Source: Raillietiella orientalis (taxonomy: Eukaryota). Taken from it: a DNA stretch of 64,000 bases. Shown piece by piece: positions 13,301 through 26,200 of this stretch. The position numbers were made by a program, and so were the translations under genes. The first letter of the stretch is position 1. Each line of letters begins with the position of its first letter. The stretch lies in assembly GCA_036172245.1 (NCBI GenBank), contig JAYWIR010000021.1, forward strand, positions 806,001 through 870,000. Reading direction: 5' to 3'. A model generated the notes under the pieces. It was not told the DNA's origin, searched no databases, and worked only from the letters and a program-made list of their open reading frames with translations.

Positions 13301-14400
13301 GGGACATGCCAAAACAAATCAGTGCTTCTCAGGGCTCGGTTCTGATAATAAGCTCCAACTGGAAATAGGCAAAATCTTGTCAAGCAACAAATAAGAACGC
13401 GTAGAAACCTTGGAATGGGAAAGTTCCATTAGTTCAAAGTCTTGAAGAAGCTTTCTGAATATTGTGGCTTGGAAAGTGGGGAAATCCGTGTATCCTAGGC
13501 TGCTCAAACGACAAGAGAAAACACGTCTGTGAGAAATTCACAAGATCTAAAGAATCTGCTCTGGATAAGACTCTAATGTTGGAACAGATATTTCCTGTCA
13601 CTGGAAAAAGCATCCTATAGCCACATGAAGAATTTACTTCTTCGTCTCAGAAGTGAACTGTCAAAATGTGGTGGCTTTCTGCCTGAAGAAAAAAAAGATC
13701 TATAAAAAACTTGAGAACACATATCCATTATCTAGAATGCTGCTGAGTATGTTCTGGATTTATCGCAATGAGTTACTTGTATCTTTAGAATTCCCAGTTA
13801 AGACTCGGATATGAAACAATATCACCTTTTGCTTCTTCTCCTCATTCTAAGGAACTTTTCTCTTTTCCATTTCAGGATCGGAAGATGAGATTTTCCATTT
13901 CCTTGACGAGCATTTCCTGACAGGTCCATCCGAAATTATTGATCTGACCGTCTAACTCCTTACAAATACACAGCCGGATGCTTTGATAACCGCCTGTGCC
14001 GTGGAATTTCTTTTATAGGGAATCTATAAAAGTACACTTAAGAGTACACACTATAAGAGGACACATCTAAATTACACATCTTCTTGAATAAATCAAGATA
14101 GTAGTTACATTCAAGGGGAAGCGTATCTTAAAGTTTACTATCAGCAGCATTATGTACATGTTTGCAAATACGTCGATACTGAATACAAAAAGCCTCCATC
14201 TAGAGAGCGCACTTTATTTGAAGAAAACCTCAAAGTTCTCGTAATTCCATGCTGAATGCATTTGATTGTCATCCGTGAATGAAAGGATTCAGCCAACTCA
14301 GAGTGTTTAGAAAACGGTCACGGAACACCCCCAAGAAATCGCATTTGTTCTACTTCATGGCAACTACAAACCGGAGGCACATTAAATCAGTCTTCATAGA
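10320..14400 (-). mobile_element. Possible very degenerate LINE ORF2 relic
   Basis: Weak but ordered motif echoes on the minus strand: IMLLIVNF (~14140), YLLLDKIL (~13380), TLSPFTF (~13165), KYFTELMGVFL (~12980). Confidence 0.35.
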
Positions 14401-15304
14401 GACTAAAATCCATCCACTGAGGAAGGTAATATATATTTAATGCGGAGTTCGATAGTCATTCTGTTACGACTGAATCCTTCAGTTATATGTGGGCAACTGA
14501 GGAGTTTGTTCCACGAGAAGCGTTCGTCATGGAAAAAAACGCACTTTAATTGGTTTGCTTGTGAAAAGAAAAAACTGTTTTCAAACTTGATGCTTAAGAA
14601 TGCTGAAGAACACGGAAAGTTGCCTTGCCTCGAGTTTGGTTCGGATTTTTGCCGATGCATGGGGAAAAGTCTGATGCATCGCACTTCGGATGCCAAGAAA
14701 TTTCCTAGAGAAAAGACAATACTGATGACCATAAGAGCATCTCTCTTTTGACAAAAAGAAGCTGTCGTGAATGTGCTGAATACGAATTCAAAACTCGTTT
14801 GCGTTTCGCAGTCTTGCCAGGCCATTTTTAAATGGAAACGCACCAAAGGCACTGCACCCGGTGTCGCAGGGTTACTTGGTCATTACTTACGACGGTTACT
14901 GGTGGTGCACTGTGAGATGGTTTCGTAGACACTGACACTGCTCCACAAAGAATGGTTGCTTCACTCTCTCGACATACACTTGTTCCATCTCGATTATGGA
15001 GGACCAAGACAACAGAGCGTCGCATACTGTGAAAACGAAACGGAAGGAATTTCGAGGTTCCACGAAATAATAAATGACCGATAGGAGGAAATTGTGGGAA
15101 GGCTGTTATCTGTGAGTGGGAAGGAGTTTTTCTCCGATATGTATACTTTGGGGTATGCAACAGCACTGGAACACGGTATATTCGTCGTTGGTAGAAGTCG
15201 TCTGCCAGGCGATCCACCTTTGCAGAGGGAAAAGCTGGCAGCCCTGCCCTTCCGTGGAGCGCCCAGCAGGCGACCGTAGAGTTTGCGAGGGTGCGTGTAT
15301 GGAA

Positions 15305-16722
15305 ATGTTTCCCCAAAGCACCCAAATGAAATATTGGATGATAAAAAGCGAGGAAGCCCTGTTGGACTTCAGGAAACAAGCAAACGAAACATACATTCAA
15401 GGCATGAGTGAAAAAGCAAATCTAGTAAGATATGTCGTGTTTACTACTATATGTGTTTGATTTGATGTTGCTGGGTAGCAGTAGCCTTTCTTTTGACATG
15501 ATCAACTTGATTTTGCGACATAGAATGTGTACTGGTTATTGAATTAAAATGATAAATTATGTACTTTTATTTATTAGTTTGGAGGAAACAAATTGCCACC
15601 ATTTCTTACTCCTGAGGAAGACACCTTAATAATAAGGCATTACGAATACCTACTAAGAGAATTTTGCAGAAAATTCAAACCAGCCATGTCTAAACACGTC
15701 GTTGCTACATCGTTTAATTACTTCAAAAGATTTTTTCTTAGAAACTCAGTTATGGATTATCATCCAAAAGAAATTTTGTAAGTATTACAAATTCAGATAA
15801 AAAAAAAAAGTGATTGCCTGTTTTGCATTTGACTGCTTAGTTTCGTTGTTGTTGCATTTACGTTGTCATTAATTAATCCGCCATTATTATTAAAATAAAG
15901 TTAAAATCGCATTTCTGGAGCATTGGTTAATGAAAGCTGTATGGTTTAGAGTTACATGTGTATACCTGGCTTGCAAAGTGGAGGAATTCAATGTCTCCAT
16001 CAGTCAATTTGTGTCCAATGTACGTGGTGAAAGAGGCAAAGCCATGAACATAATTTTGAATTCTGAGCTACTGTTGATGGAACAACTCAAGTATCATCTT
16101 ACAATCCATAATCCTTTTCGTTGTGTTGAAGGACTCCTCATCAATCTGAAAGTAGCATAATGCTACACTGGTCCAGTTAATGATTGGCATGGTAGACCCA
16201 CTGTACATTAGTAGATAACCCAGAGAAGCTGAGACTACTCATTGATGAGTTCCTTGAGCGCTCTTTCTTCACTGATGTCTGCCTTGTGTATTCTCCTTCT
16301 CAGATAGCATTGGCAGCCCTTCTACATGCTGCTAGCAGTTTGCAAATAGATTTGGATCCTTACATGATTAACTGCTTACTTGGACCAGACATGGAGAGTC
16401 AACTACACAATTTAGTGGTTTCCATCAAAGGTATGTAGACCAATTTTGTGCATTGTTAATGCTGTTAATGTCAGCTATCAGAAAGGCTGTAAAAAATGTA
16501 GATATACCATCCAAAGACCAAATTCGAGAATTGGAAAAGAAACTGGAACATTGTCGTAATCCAGAAAACAATCCTGATAGTGAATTGTGAGATGAAACTT
16601 TTGTTGAAGAAATCTCAAGTTTGTATTTCAGATACCACAGGAGAATACAGATATTTGCTGAAGAAGAAATTGCTTACCCGGGTACCAAAGATATGCAATT
16701 TGAATCAAGCACCTCTTCATAG
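15305..16722 (+). CDS. CCNH: Cyclin H (CAK/TFIIH subunit), 6 exons, 319 aa
   Basis: Exons 15305-15424, 15578-15777, 15950-16151, 16196-16430, 16475-16586, 16632-16722 join in frame (960 nt), all GT-AG. Motifs [68 protein letters not shown]. Confidence 0.96.
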
Positions 16723-16759
16723 TTATAGAATCTTAGATAAAAGCATTGTATCATTAAAG

Positions 16760-16781
16760 AATAAAGTGTTTTTTTAATAAA
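16760..16781 (+). promoter_or_regulatory. Polyadenylation signals of cyclin H
   Basis: Two AATAAA hexamers about 40-60 nt after the TAG stop. Confidence 0.6.
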
Positions 16782-17129
16782 TATTAAAGAAAAGAAAAGG
16801 TATTTGAAATGTCCATTGTTCCTTTCAAAATGGAATCACGAGGAAAACACTGATTTTTCGAAATTTTATCTCCCAACTAGGACATTTTTTGCATCCATAG
16901 TGGCATCGTGCATTTCTGCAGTTGTCTTTTTGTTTTGAGTTGTCCAGATCACTTCTGATTGCATTGATGAATGTCACCCACTTAACTCTGACATGTGGGT
17001 GCATTTCTGGATGTGCATTTACTTTTTGGAACTCCAGAAAGTAGCTCATTGAGTATAAATCGGAATTGAATGTTGTGTTGAAATTGAGATGGATGTTAGT
17101 CTTGACTAGACAGATGGTGGAGTGAAGCA

Positions 17130-20100
17130 TGCAGCATATCAGAATAAGATAAGCAGCAATAAATATGCTGTCATTTAAGCTCAGGACAGTTTCTTTTTGG
17201 AGCACCTAATTGTAGAAGAATCACCTCAGGCATTTTGATCTTGGCAAAAGATCAAAAAGTAATGAGAAAGGTATATTTTGAGGAAAGCTTGGTTCACTCA
17301 TGCAGAAAACAAAGGTTTTATATCTATGGATCTGGATTGCATTTGTGTGTTCTTAATGTTTACAGTTATCATGATTTAAAAGCTAGCACCATACTTAACA
17401 TCGCCATCATTATCACAAGGGCTCAGACTATGTACAGAAGTAGTCGGATGCACAATGTTGGTGAGAGAGAGAAGGGGTGCAGAATGTGCCTGCAAGTAAT
17501 CGCGACTTCCGAATAGAGTTTGAAGTTTCATTTACTTGTTCTGTGTTACAGCTAAGTATAATAGGTTATTGTGCATTCATGCGTTAAGGTACGGATTTGT
17601 TCCTGCCGCCTCCCATCGTAACTCTGTATCTGGACTCTGGACTCTGTACGAAAGTTCAAAGTTCAGCATCCATCCGAATTGCATAAGACGTTCCATAAAG
17701 TGAACTGTTATAAAACCAAATCCTGTTGACACACCCAATAGAAGTGTCAGTATGCACGTCTGTGAAGATTCACCTGGTTTGGTTTGGGGAAATGAAACAA
17801 ATCCCAAATATTTGCGTTCATCTTTCAAACAAAATACTGTCAGTTTAAATTATTTTGCTGTAAACAAAAAATGTGTTCGAACTTAGATTGATGTAAGGTT
17901 GCCCCTTCGTATATTTTAGTAATGGCAAATATCCTCCAAGAGCAGGAAGAAAAAAAAATCTCAATGAGTATTCAGAACTTAAGTATAAGTTCTGAATGCT
18001 TGCACACGATTAAATTGTGTAAGCACAGACATTCCTGGTATGTTGACTCCTGAAGATACTAAGAAACTTTTTCATGAATTATTGCTCGTTCTTGAATAAT
18101 AATTTCATTGTTCTTGAAAAAGGTCTTGTAATGAGAGGAAACTGTTGGAGAAATCCCATTTATCAAATAGCAAGCATGTTGGATGCAGCAATTAAAGCTT
18201 AAACAGTATGCCAACCCCACAAGCGTGTGGTTTTCCACTCTTTTCAAGTTCCCTGGAAGTTCAAAATCTGCTTGACCTTCACGTGCTGTTGTGTTGAGCC
18301 ATTGCATTTCAATGTGCAGCATTTGTACTGGACACGTAAATCTGGACACGACTTTTTCCGTACCCGAGAGAGTTTCGTTTTGAACTTTCGAGAATTAGAA
18401 TGAGAGTGGCAATAACCGAAGAAAGAAGCCGGAAAGAAAAGAGTGCATAGAATTCATTAGGGCTGTAGCTACTTGACAAGCTTGCACGGTGGGGCCCCCC
18501 AGGGATACGTGGCAGCTTTCGGAGTTTTCTTTCTTTCTTTTTTTTTTTTTTGGAGGGTGGAAAAAGCGGACCAGGTCCCTGCGTATTAGGAGAACCGTTA
18601 GGGTTGCAGTCATCGGCGGCTTCTACGCGTTCTTTCCCCGTGGACGTGCAGTGATCTTCATCGATGACCGCCCACTTTTGTGACACCTTCCCCCCGCAGC
18701 ACTCAACACGTGTGAAGGTGAAGGTTGTCGAATGGAGCACGGCTGCTGCAGGTAAGGCGGAACCGACGCTCAGCTGGAGGCGAGGTGATGAAGGTCTCCG
18801 TGCTGTTGGTAGCACTGCTCCATCTTCGCGGGAAGTAAACCATAGTGGGGATACGGTACTCGCATGCGTGCTGGAAGCGATACCTGTTCTCTTATCATAG
18901 TCAGATAAGAAGCATATCGACCCACCAGCCTGATGGTATCTCAGATCAGGTTGCCTCTCCTCCCTGAGGTCAATCTCGGGTTGGGCTTGTAGCGGATAGG
19001 TGGACTATCTGCTGCTCTCGAAGACCTGCGAGAAAAGCCTTGCAATACGACAGATTGGAATTCCTCGAATCCTGACCTTGTGTTGAACTAGAGAACTCTG
19101 AGGATTCCTGATTTCCGAAGCGTGGGGCACAGGATAGCCAATAACGCATACTTCGGGACGGTTCCTGCTGCTCAGCTAACGGAGTTAACTTTATTTCCAT
19201 CTACCTCATTCGATCGCGTCTGCCTTCCGAAAAAATTCTTTTCGTGCTCCTTCGTAGCCAACAAGCTCCTACTCCTCGACTCTCGCAAGTTTTTCGTAAG
19301 CTAACACTTGTCACCAAATGCGGGGCAGTCAATCTGGGGCAAAGGAATATGCTGCTGTGAGAAGTGGAAATCGCTGTTTCACGATGGTCTTATTTGAAGG
19401 CAGCGGCAGCGCCATGCGGTGGCGAAGGAGCTCTTTCTCGCATTCGTTAGCTGCTCTTTTCTCGTCAAACGAATTACCCTCAGGTAATTTGGTTCTGAAG
19501 AACTTGATGGGGTGTGCAGCGATAACTGGTCGACTGGGTAATTTTAACATCCTTCATGTTGCTGACAGCAACAGAGGAAGCAGCAAGGCCAGAGAGGGCA
19601 TTAGACGCAGAGTTTGCGAAATCATGCTGGTTCGAAGACGAGTTGCAGCGAGTAGATTGACTGAGTACCATCAAATTTCTTTCTGGATTTTTGAGCACCG
19701 GTCCATGAAAGGGATTGCTGTTCATCAGTCTGCATGGGTTTCCCATCAGCATCCTTCATGCTATGCACCAGAAAGCAGCGGAAGCTAGAAAGAAAATTGC
19801 TGCTTCTCTGACATTTTCTGGAAGCTTCTGATCTCTTTTCAATTCGTTGTTCTTGTTTCAATCTCTCGAAGAAGAAAAAGGGGGGAAAAAAGTAGCTGCA
19901 TCTCTCTGAGAGGCAGGTGGCGGTGTGGAGGAAAAGGGGATAAGCAGGCTACGAGTTCCCAGGATCCAAGAGAAGCAGGCACCGCGGGTCAAAGGCTTCT
20001 TTTCTTCCTAGTCAAAAATTCGTGATTCCATCGTAAAAAAAAAAAAAAAGGTTACCCCTCAAAATATACTTCTCGGCAGCATCAGAGCGCTTGAAGGAGG

Positions 20101-20600
20101 CATTTCGTTGAAAACAGCCACCCGTGCAGACCCTTTTTCTCTGGGTTTCCAAACTTGCGCTGGTCGCAGCGTAAGGACAAAAGTGAGTCCCATCCTGCAG
20201 GCATTTACTGACGGTTTTGTTCGATTTTTAACCTGAACACTGCTGCGCGTGGGAAAACGAGCAGCGTCTCGAGAACGCGGCCGTAGGCACGGGGACGACC
20301 TCCTGGAAAAGGCATTTGCGAGAAGACGGCCTTGCGACGGGAACGGACCGAGGGGTTCCTTGAGAGACAATGCTTTCTCCGCATTCTCCCGGAACTCCGG
20401 CGGCATCCTGAACGACGACTCCTTGCACTGTGGCCCACTTCGTTCCCGCGCCTGCATCGAACCGCAGACTCCTGCCCCGCTCGGATCCTGCGATCCCCTG
20501 GATCGTAGGGACGGCTGCGTATTCCCGAGCCAGCTACGATCAGCTCTCCTGCTCCTGCTCCAGAGGTTTCGGCATCGTGCGTTTTTTTTTCTTTTGTAAG
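17130..20600 (+). mobile_element. Degenerate L1/Tx1-type LINE ORF2, near full length
   Basis: LHLCVLNVYSY (APE NVYAP-like, ~17345), AYRPTSLM (18912, YRPISLL-like), SRVGLVADRW (~18980), EKPCNTTDWN (~19035, EKAFDRVDW-like), in the expected order. Confidence 0.6.
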
Positions 20601-20686
20601 GCCAGTAGGGACCTCACTGGGAGATCATTGCTATTGGTCTAGGATGATCATCACCCGGTTATGCCGGGGCATTTATTACATAGAGC

Positions 20687-20745
20687 AATGAAAATACACT
20701 GGTGTGGTAGAACACTTAGTCCTACCACAGCAGTGTATTCTTATT
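20687..20745. other. Isolated ~59-nt hairpin (pre-miRNA-like or mini-MITE)
   Basis: AATACACTGGTGTGGTAG versus CTACCACAGCAGTGTATT gives a 17/18 bp core with an 11-nt loop. Confidence 0.6.
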
Positions 20746-20799
20746 TATAACCTACCAAAGTGCAATGAACGAAGAGCGGTACGAAGACCGGCGAGGTCC

Positions 20800-22100
20800 G
20801 CCTCGGCAGAGTGGAGGGAAGGGAAAACAAAAACAAAAAAAAAACACACGAAAACAGGAGAGGGGAAATTATACACCAAGGAGGAGGATGGGGAACCGAG
20901 GAACGGAACACCGTACTCTGCCAAGAGTCCTCTGCATCCTGTTCAGGATACTGGCAAGTTCTGTCCGTACAACGCCCAGGTGGGGCCATCTCGAGGTCTT
21001 CAGGTCTTCAGGAAGATCCGCGCCCGGTGGATCCGCGCCCCTTCTTCTGGCGTTCCAGACCGCCGCAATCCCGCAAAAACAGCAAAGAACTCTGAGGGAC
21101 GCGGCTGGCGTCAGTACAGCATTAAGCACGAAGAAGCGTCTGAAAATGCCCCTGGGCCTGCCCTCCGGGATTCCTAGGATCGTCGCGAGGCGATCCCAAA
21201 GGGGTCGGAGGGCAATACAGTCCAACAGCAGGTGCGGGAGGGTCTCCTTCCCGCGCCTGTCCCACTCTGAGCCTGCACGCTCCCCCTTGTCCAGTGGTGA
21301 AGGCGCGCTTTGCACGGGATCCCCCCCATGCGACACAAGCAACGCCAACTCCCGCCACCTGAGGGGAAGAGCACCGCTGTTCCAGTACGCTGGGGACCAC
21401 CTCACCTCTTCCGAAGGAATGCCGAGCAGCTCTTTTCAGAGAGCTGTTCTAGAACAATGGAAACCTTTTTGAGTTCTTTCCAGTTTTCGCTCCTTTCTTT
21501 CCAGATTTTTCTTTCTTTTTTTTTTCTTTTTACGGTTTCCCTTTTTGGGGGAGTTCTCCAAGCACTGAAAAAAGCCGTTCGCTTGGCGGCCTACGAAGCT
21601 CTTTGACACTGTCCACGCCACACGCAACTATTCGAGTTATAGGGAATTCCCGGGACGGGGGACCACCCTGTGAATTCAGGAAGGCTCCCGAGGAAGAGTT
21701 CGCTCCCCTCACTCTTGACAGGGGAACCCCCTTCCACCCGTGGTTGTCTCCGAAAGGAACCTGGAAGGGGAACCTCTCCCTTATTCTCTCCGGAAAGACC
21801 CCTCAGAGGGAGCCATTCCAGCATTTCTTCTCTGAAAGGAACCCGGAAAGAATCCGGGTTGAAATTTCCTCCTCCTCTGAAGAGAGCTCCGAAGGGACGC
21901 TTCCCATTCTTACACTCTGGAGAGGCACCAACCAGCTTCATGGTGCTCGACGGAGGTCTCCCCAGGAGTAAGGAGTTGTCTCCATTTTCCCAACCGGAGG
22001 CGGGAGCAACCCTGAAGGCTCCTCAATTCCTGTAAGGATCTCGGAAGGTAAACTTACTTCAATCCCGGACGGTCATCGGGAGCATCCGGTTTCCACTAGT
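20800..22100 (-). mobile_element. 3' fragment of an L1/Tx1-type LINE (zf-RVT region)
   Basis: ORF 20869-21405: LPLRWRELALLVSHGG...GKETLPHLLLDCIALRPLW. Nucleotide similarity to 23400-23850 and, inverted, to 4660-5140. Confidence 0.85.
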
Positions 22101-22192
22101 GACTCTAAGGTGCCGAGTCTCCTTCGTCATCGATCTGTTCGGCTTCTTCGGGAACACGAGTCGCTGACCATGGGGATGATGAGCATCGATTA

Positions 22193-22532
22193 CAGTGGTA
22201 CCTCGGTATTCGTCGGCAATTCGTTCCGACACTCGTGACGAGTGCCGAAGGAGTTTCTTTCTCAGCTTTGCGGTATTATTTTAACCACTTTATGACCCAT
22301 GATTAACGCTTAAAGTGCACAGAAAGCACAAAAAAAGGGAACGATTCGGGAAGCACTCTACGGAAGTGTTTGGCACTGTTCGTGAGCTACCACGAGACGA
22401 AAGTGTTTCATCATGAGAATGGGGTGTCGAGTCCGAGCATGTCCCGGTCGTCGAAACATTTTTTCCTCGTCAAAATGCGACGAGTACTGATTTTGACGAG
22501 TTCCGACCCCATCGAGTACCGAGGTACCACTG
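22193..22532. mobile_element. Tc1/mariner-pogo (Tigger-like) MITE, 340 bp
   Basis: TIR CAGTGGTACCTCGGTA (16/16 identical, extending to 19/20), flanked by TA on both sides (22191-22192, 22533-22534). No ORF inside. Confidence 0.92.
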
Positions 22533-23299
22533 TACATCCAAACTAATTACTTGTGAATCGGTCCTAAATCATCTCGCCTGTTTCCCCCCCTCCTTTTCGT
22601 TGACTGTGTACCGAAATCCTAATATTTTGCGGTTTTGAGAAAAATCTCCTTCCGACATTCTTTTGACGTGTGTCCTCTGGTGCTCCTACTCAATTGTTCT
22701 GGCATCCCAAAATCTACTCGCTCGGCTGCTTTACTGGAAGTTCATTTCCTTTGCAAAGCAGCCACTGCTTGCTTTTTCGCAACACTTTTCCAAAGTTCAC
22801 ATCCGAGATGAGTTTGGGATCTTCACACGGGCTCGCTTTGTCGCGTGCCTGCATGCTCTTCAGTTTCCATTTGTTTGGCCACAGAGCGCAGAACGTGGCT
22901 GTAGGCTCGCGTTCATGTTTTCCGGGTGACGCTGTACTCACATTTCACACAGAGAATTCAAAAGTGGGTTTTCCGTCCGAGCAACAAGCAAGCTAACATC
23001 GTTAATAGCGTGGGTGATCTCTGGTTGTTTCCGCGGCAGAACCCCTGCTCCTGTGCATATTGCTCCTGGGGATGATCAGAAGGATATCCAGATCACAAGG
23101 AAGGCCATCCATGGAAACGAATTGCTGTGTGACTCCACACCTGGGTGCGCCGGGGCGTTTATTCTCTTGCAGGAATCTGTGGAGCCGATGGCCCAACGAT
23201 TCCAATTGTCACACTAGAAAGAGGGAGGGGGAGACGGAGAGATCCATCACGTCCACCAAGGGAAAGGGGAATAAAACAAAAATAGAGAATGAAAACAAA

Positions 23300-26200
23300 C
23301 TATAACAAGCAACAACAATAAAATTAGTTGGTGGGAAGGGAAGGGATCACATTTCGTGGCGGGTGAGGCCTCTGCATCCGTTGAAGGATGCCGGCGAACT
23401 CCTTCTCCCTTTCCAAGTGAAGCCACCTCGAAGCTATCCACAGGAAGCGGATGGCATGCAGGACAGCCCCCCCCGTTGCTCTGGTCTTTCCCTCGGCGTC
23501 GCACTTCGCCGCGACGACACCGCGCACGCAGCACAGCGCTGTGATTGCGGCTGCGGGCGTCATGGCGTCCCGCGCGAAGAGGGGCCTCGAAGAGTCTCTG
23601 GGATCGTCCACGGGGTGCGAAAGAGGCACGGAAAAACGTTCCCACAAGCTTCAGAGGATGATGCACTGCCTTAATAGGTGGGGGAAGGTCTCTTTCTCTC
23701 CACACCTGGCACAGTTCGGCGATGCGCTTCCCCTCGTCCAGTGGTGCCGGCGCGCATTGCACGGGAGACCCCAGTGCAGCACCAGCAGCGCCAATTTCTG
23801 CCACCTGAGGGGAAGCAGCTTACTGTCCATAAACACGGAAAGTACTTCCAACTCTTCGGGCCGAATGGAGAAGAGTTAGCCCCAACGTTCCAGTCCTTTG
23901 GAGACGGTTCTTGCTGTTGCCGCATCAGTCAGCTGACGTGGAGTCCAGCCACCGATAGGCTTCCTGCGGGCCGAGATCTCTCAGGAAACCTCCCATTTCG
24001 CCGGTACGCAGGTGCCATGTACCTCGATAGCGGAGGACACCGCTGCGGCGGAGGGGGTGGCTGCTGATCAGCTCACTACCCACCGCTTCCAGTGTTCTTC
24101 CGCTGTTCTTCTGAAACTCTCGGCAGCAGACGGGAGGTAACTTCTGACGGGGCCTGGGTGAACTGGGTCCACGTCCTCACTTCATCCTTCCGCCAGACCG
24201 GAGTGTTAGCAGGGCGGCAGCAAATTCACGTGTTCGCTCCCACCAGGGCAGCGACACACCGAAGGGAAAAGCCTCAGGATGGGAGCCGGCGGTGGTGACA
24301 CGCAAACAGGGTTGCGAGTCCTTCGCCGCCGACCGCCAGCCGGGAGAGCAAACGTGCAGGGGCGCACCAATGGGTGGCCCACGAAGGTCAGTCTTCGGGA
24401 GTTCAACTGAACTTCCATGCGTTCAACGTCAGGAGTCTAAGCCCTACGTGGAGACGAGGAGCGCACAAGTCTTTTAATCGGACTCGGGACCTCCCATTGC
24501 CCCAGAGGAATTTGTGAAGGAGGCCCTTCGTCATTTTCACCATACCGGTGAGAGCAGGAAAAACAAAAAGCAGAGGTCGAAGGATGGGGGCCACAAAAGT
24601 GTTCCAAATGACGGCCCGCTCCGGCAACAGGATGTTGCCTCCTTGGAACGGGCCGAGTACCGACTCTGCCTTCTGGAGACAGTCGGACCACGCTTCCGTA
24701 GGGGAAATGTCCCCCATCGGCACGCCTAGGTACCTGAAGTACCGAACCGTGGGCATCACCAAACGGACCCAGTACGACTGTCCAGTCTGCGTCGCGCCGA
24801 CGGGGCACACGCTTCACTTTGCTCTGTTCACCTCCATGCCCGTTCCCCAGTTGCTGTGTGACCTCTCTGTTTGGTTGCGGTAGTTTCTTCTGATGGACTC
24901 ACGCGATTCCACAGGAGAACCAGTATTTCATTCGGAAATTTGGCGCGCTAGTAGCAAAGAGATAGTGTTTTCGAAATTTCCCCGCAAACACTGTTTGCGG
25001 GTGCTGGTTCGATTTGCATTACAAAATCTTCAATACCTGGACCGATGGTGCGCGCGCTTTCGATCCAGGAAGAGTGCACATCCACGTTCCTTTCATGTTT
25101 GTACGGTCACGGTAATCTTGCAAGCAAACCTAGATCGTTGATAGATCTGCAACTTCCCTGCAGTCCACATTCTGCCAGTTTGTTGCGTGCAGAATAATGA
25201 CTTTTGTGCCATTGCATTGTAGGTGCCGCCAAAGGAAGTATTTGGAAATACCATAGATGTGAATGATCGTTGCGGGGGATTGAAGCAGAAAACGGGAATC
25301 AGAATTTTCCAAGGTGATCATCTTGAGGAAGATTTTCGAATCCTTGTGTGTACTTTACCTTATTCCATGCTTGTATACCTCGGATCGAGTTATTCCTCGG
25401 TAGACTTCGGAAAAGCGTTCTTTGCCGCTTGGATTCGTTCAGTTTTCCTCGTGCAGTCCAGGAGTGTTCAGTAATAAGGAATGTCAAGCCAGAAATCATA
25501 AAAATGGATCTACTTATGGAATGTTCGGGTTCAAACTCCCACTTGAAGATCGAAGATTATCTTTCCCAATGGTTTCAACTGCAGCCGAACAAAAAACCTA
25601 CTTAACAGTACAGGCCAAGCAACTGCAATGGTTAGCAGAGACGATGCCAATCTCATTTCTGAATCTCAGTCCGTTACAAGGTCGGCACATGGTTTTCTTG
25701 CAGCTGACTTGGTTTTCGATTCTCACTGTTCCCTTAAACTTGTCAGAGGGACGTTGGCGTCCACGTCACAGCTGTTGTGTCTTAGCTCTCGGGCAGCAGG
25801 TTTCTCCAAGTCTTCAAAGGGATTCCATGACATGCTGGTAGTAGTAATCACTGAGTTATCTTCAGCATTTCTGTTTTTCTTTTGTTCAGTGTGAATGTCG
25901 AGATGTGAGCCATGCACGCACTTGGGTAATGAACAACTCCTCCTTGTGATCTAACTAACTACATGAACATTTGGTTGTATGATAATCAAACATGCAATTC
26001 AGTAAATGTACTGAGATCCATTATATAACAGTACGGTCTCTTTCGAAAGAAGCGGATGATTTTTAATTCTCGTGAGCTTATTGAAACCATTTCCTCCAAG
26101 TTGTAGATGATATTTCCCACTCTCTGTAGCTTCCTTCTTTTTTAATGAAAGCACATTCGTTTTTTGTGTGAAGCTTTCTTCATTAGTGAAATTGCTGTCC

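Noticed and set aside
16825..17205. 126-aa minus-strand ORF convergent with cyclin H
   Set aside because: No recognisable domain or splice structure, and it overlaps the start of a LINE fossil.
25223..25474. VDFGKAF on the + strand as an RT motif
   Set aside because: The colinear RT motifs of this element are on the minus strand, so this is treated as coincidence.
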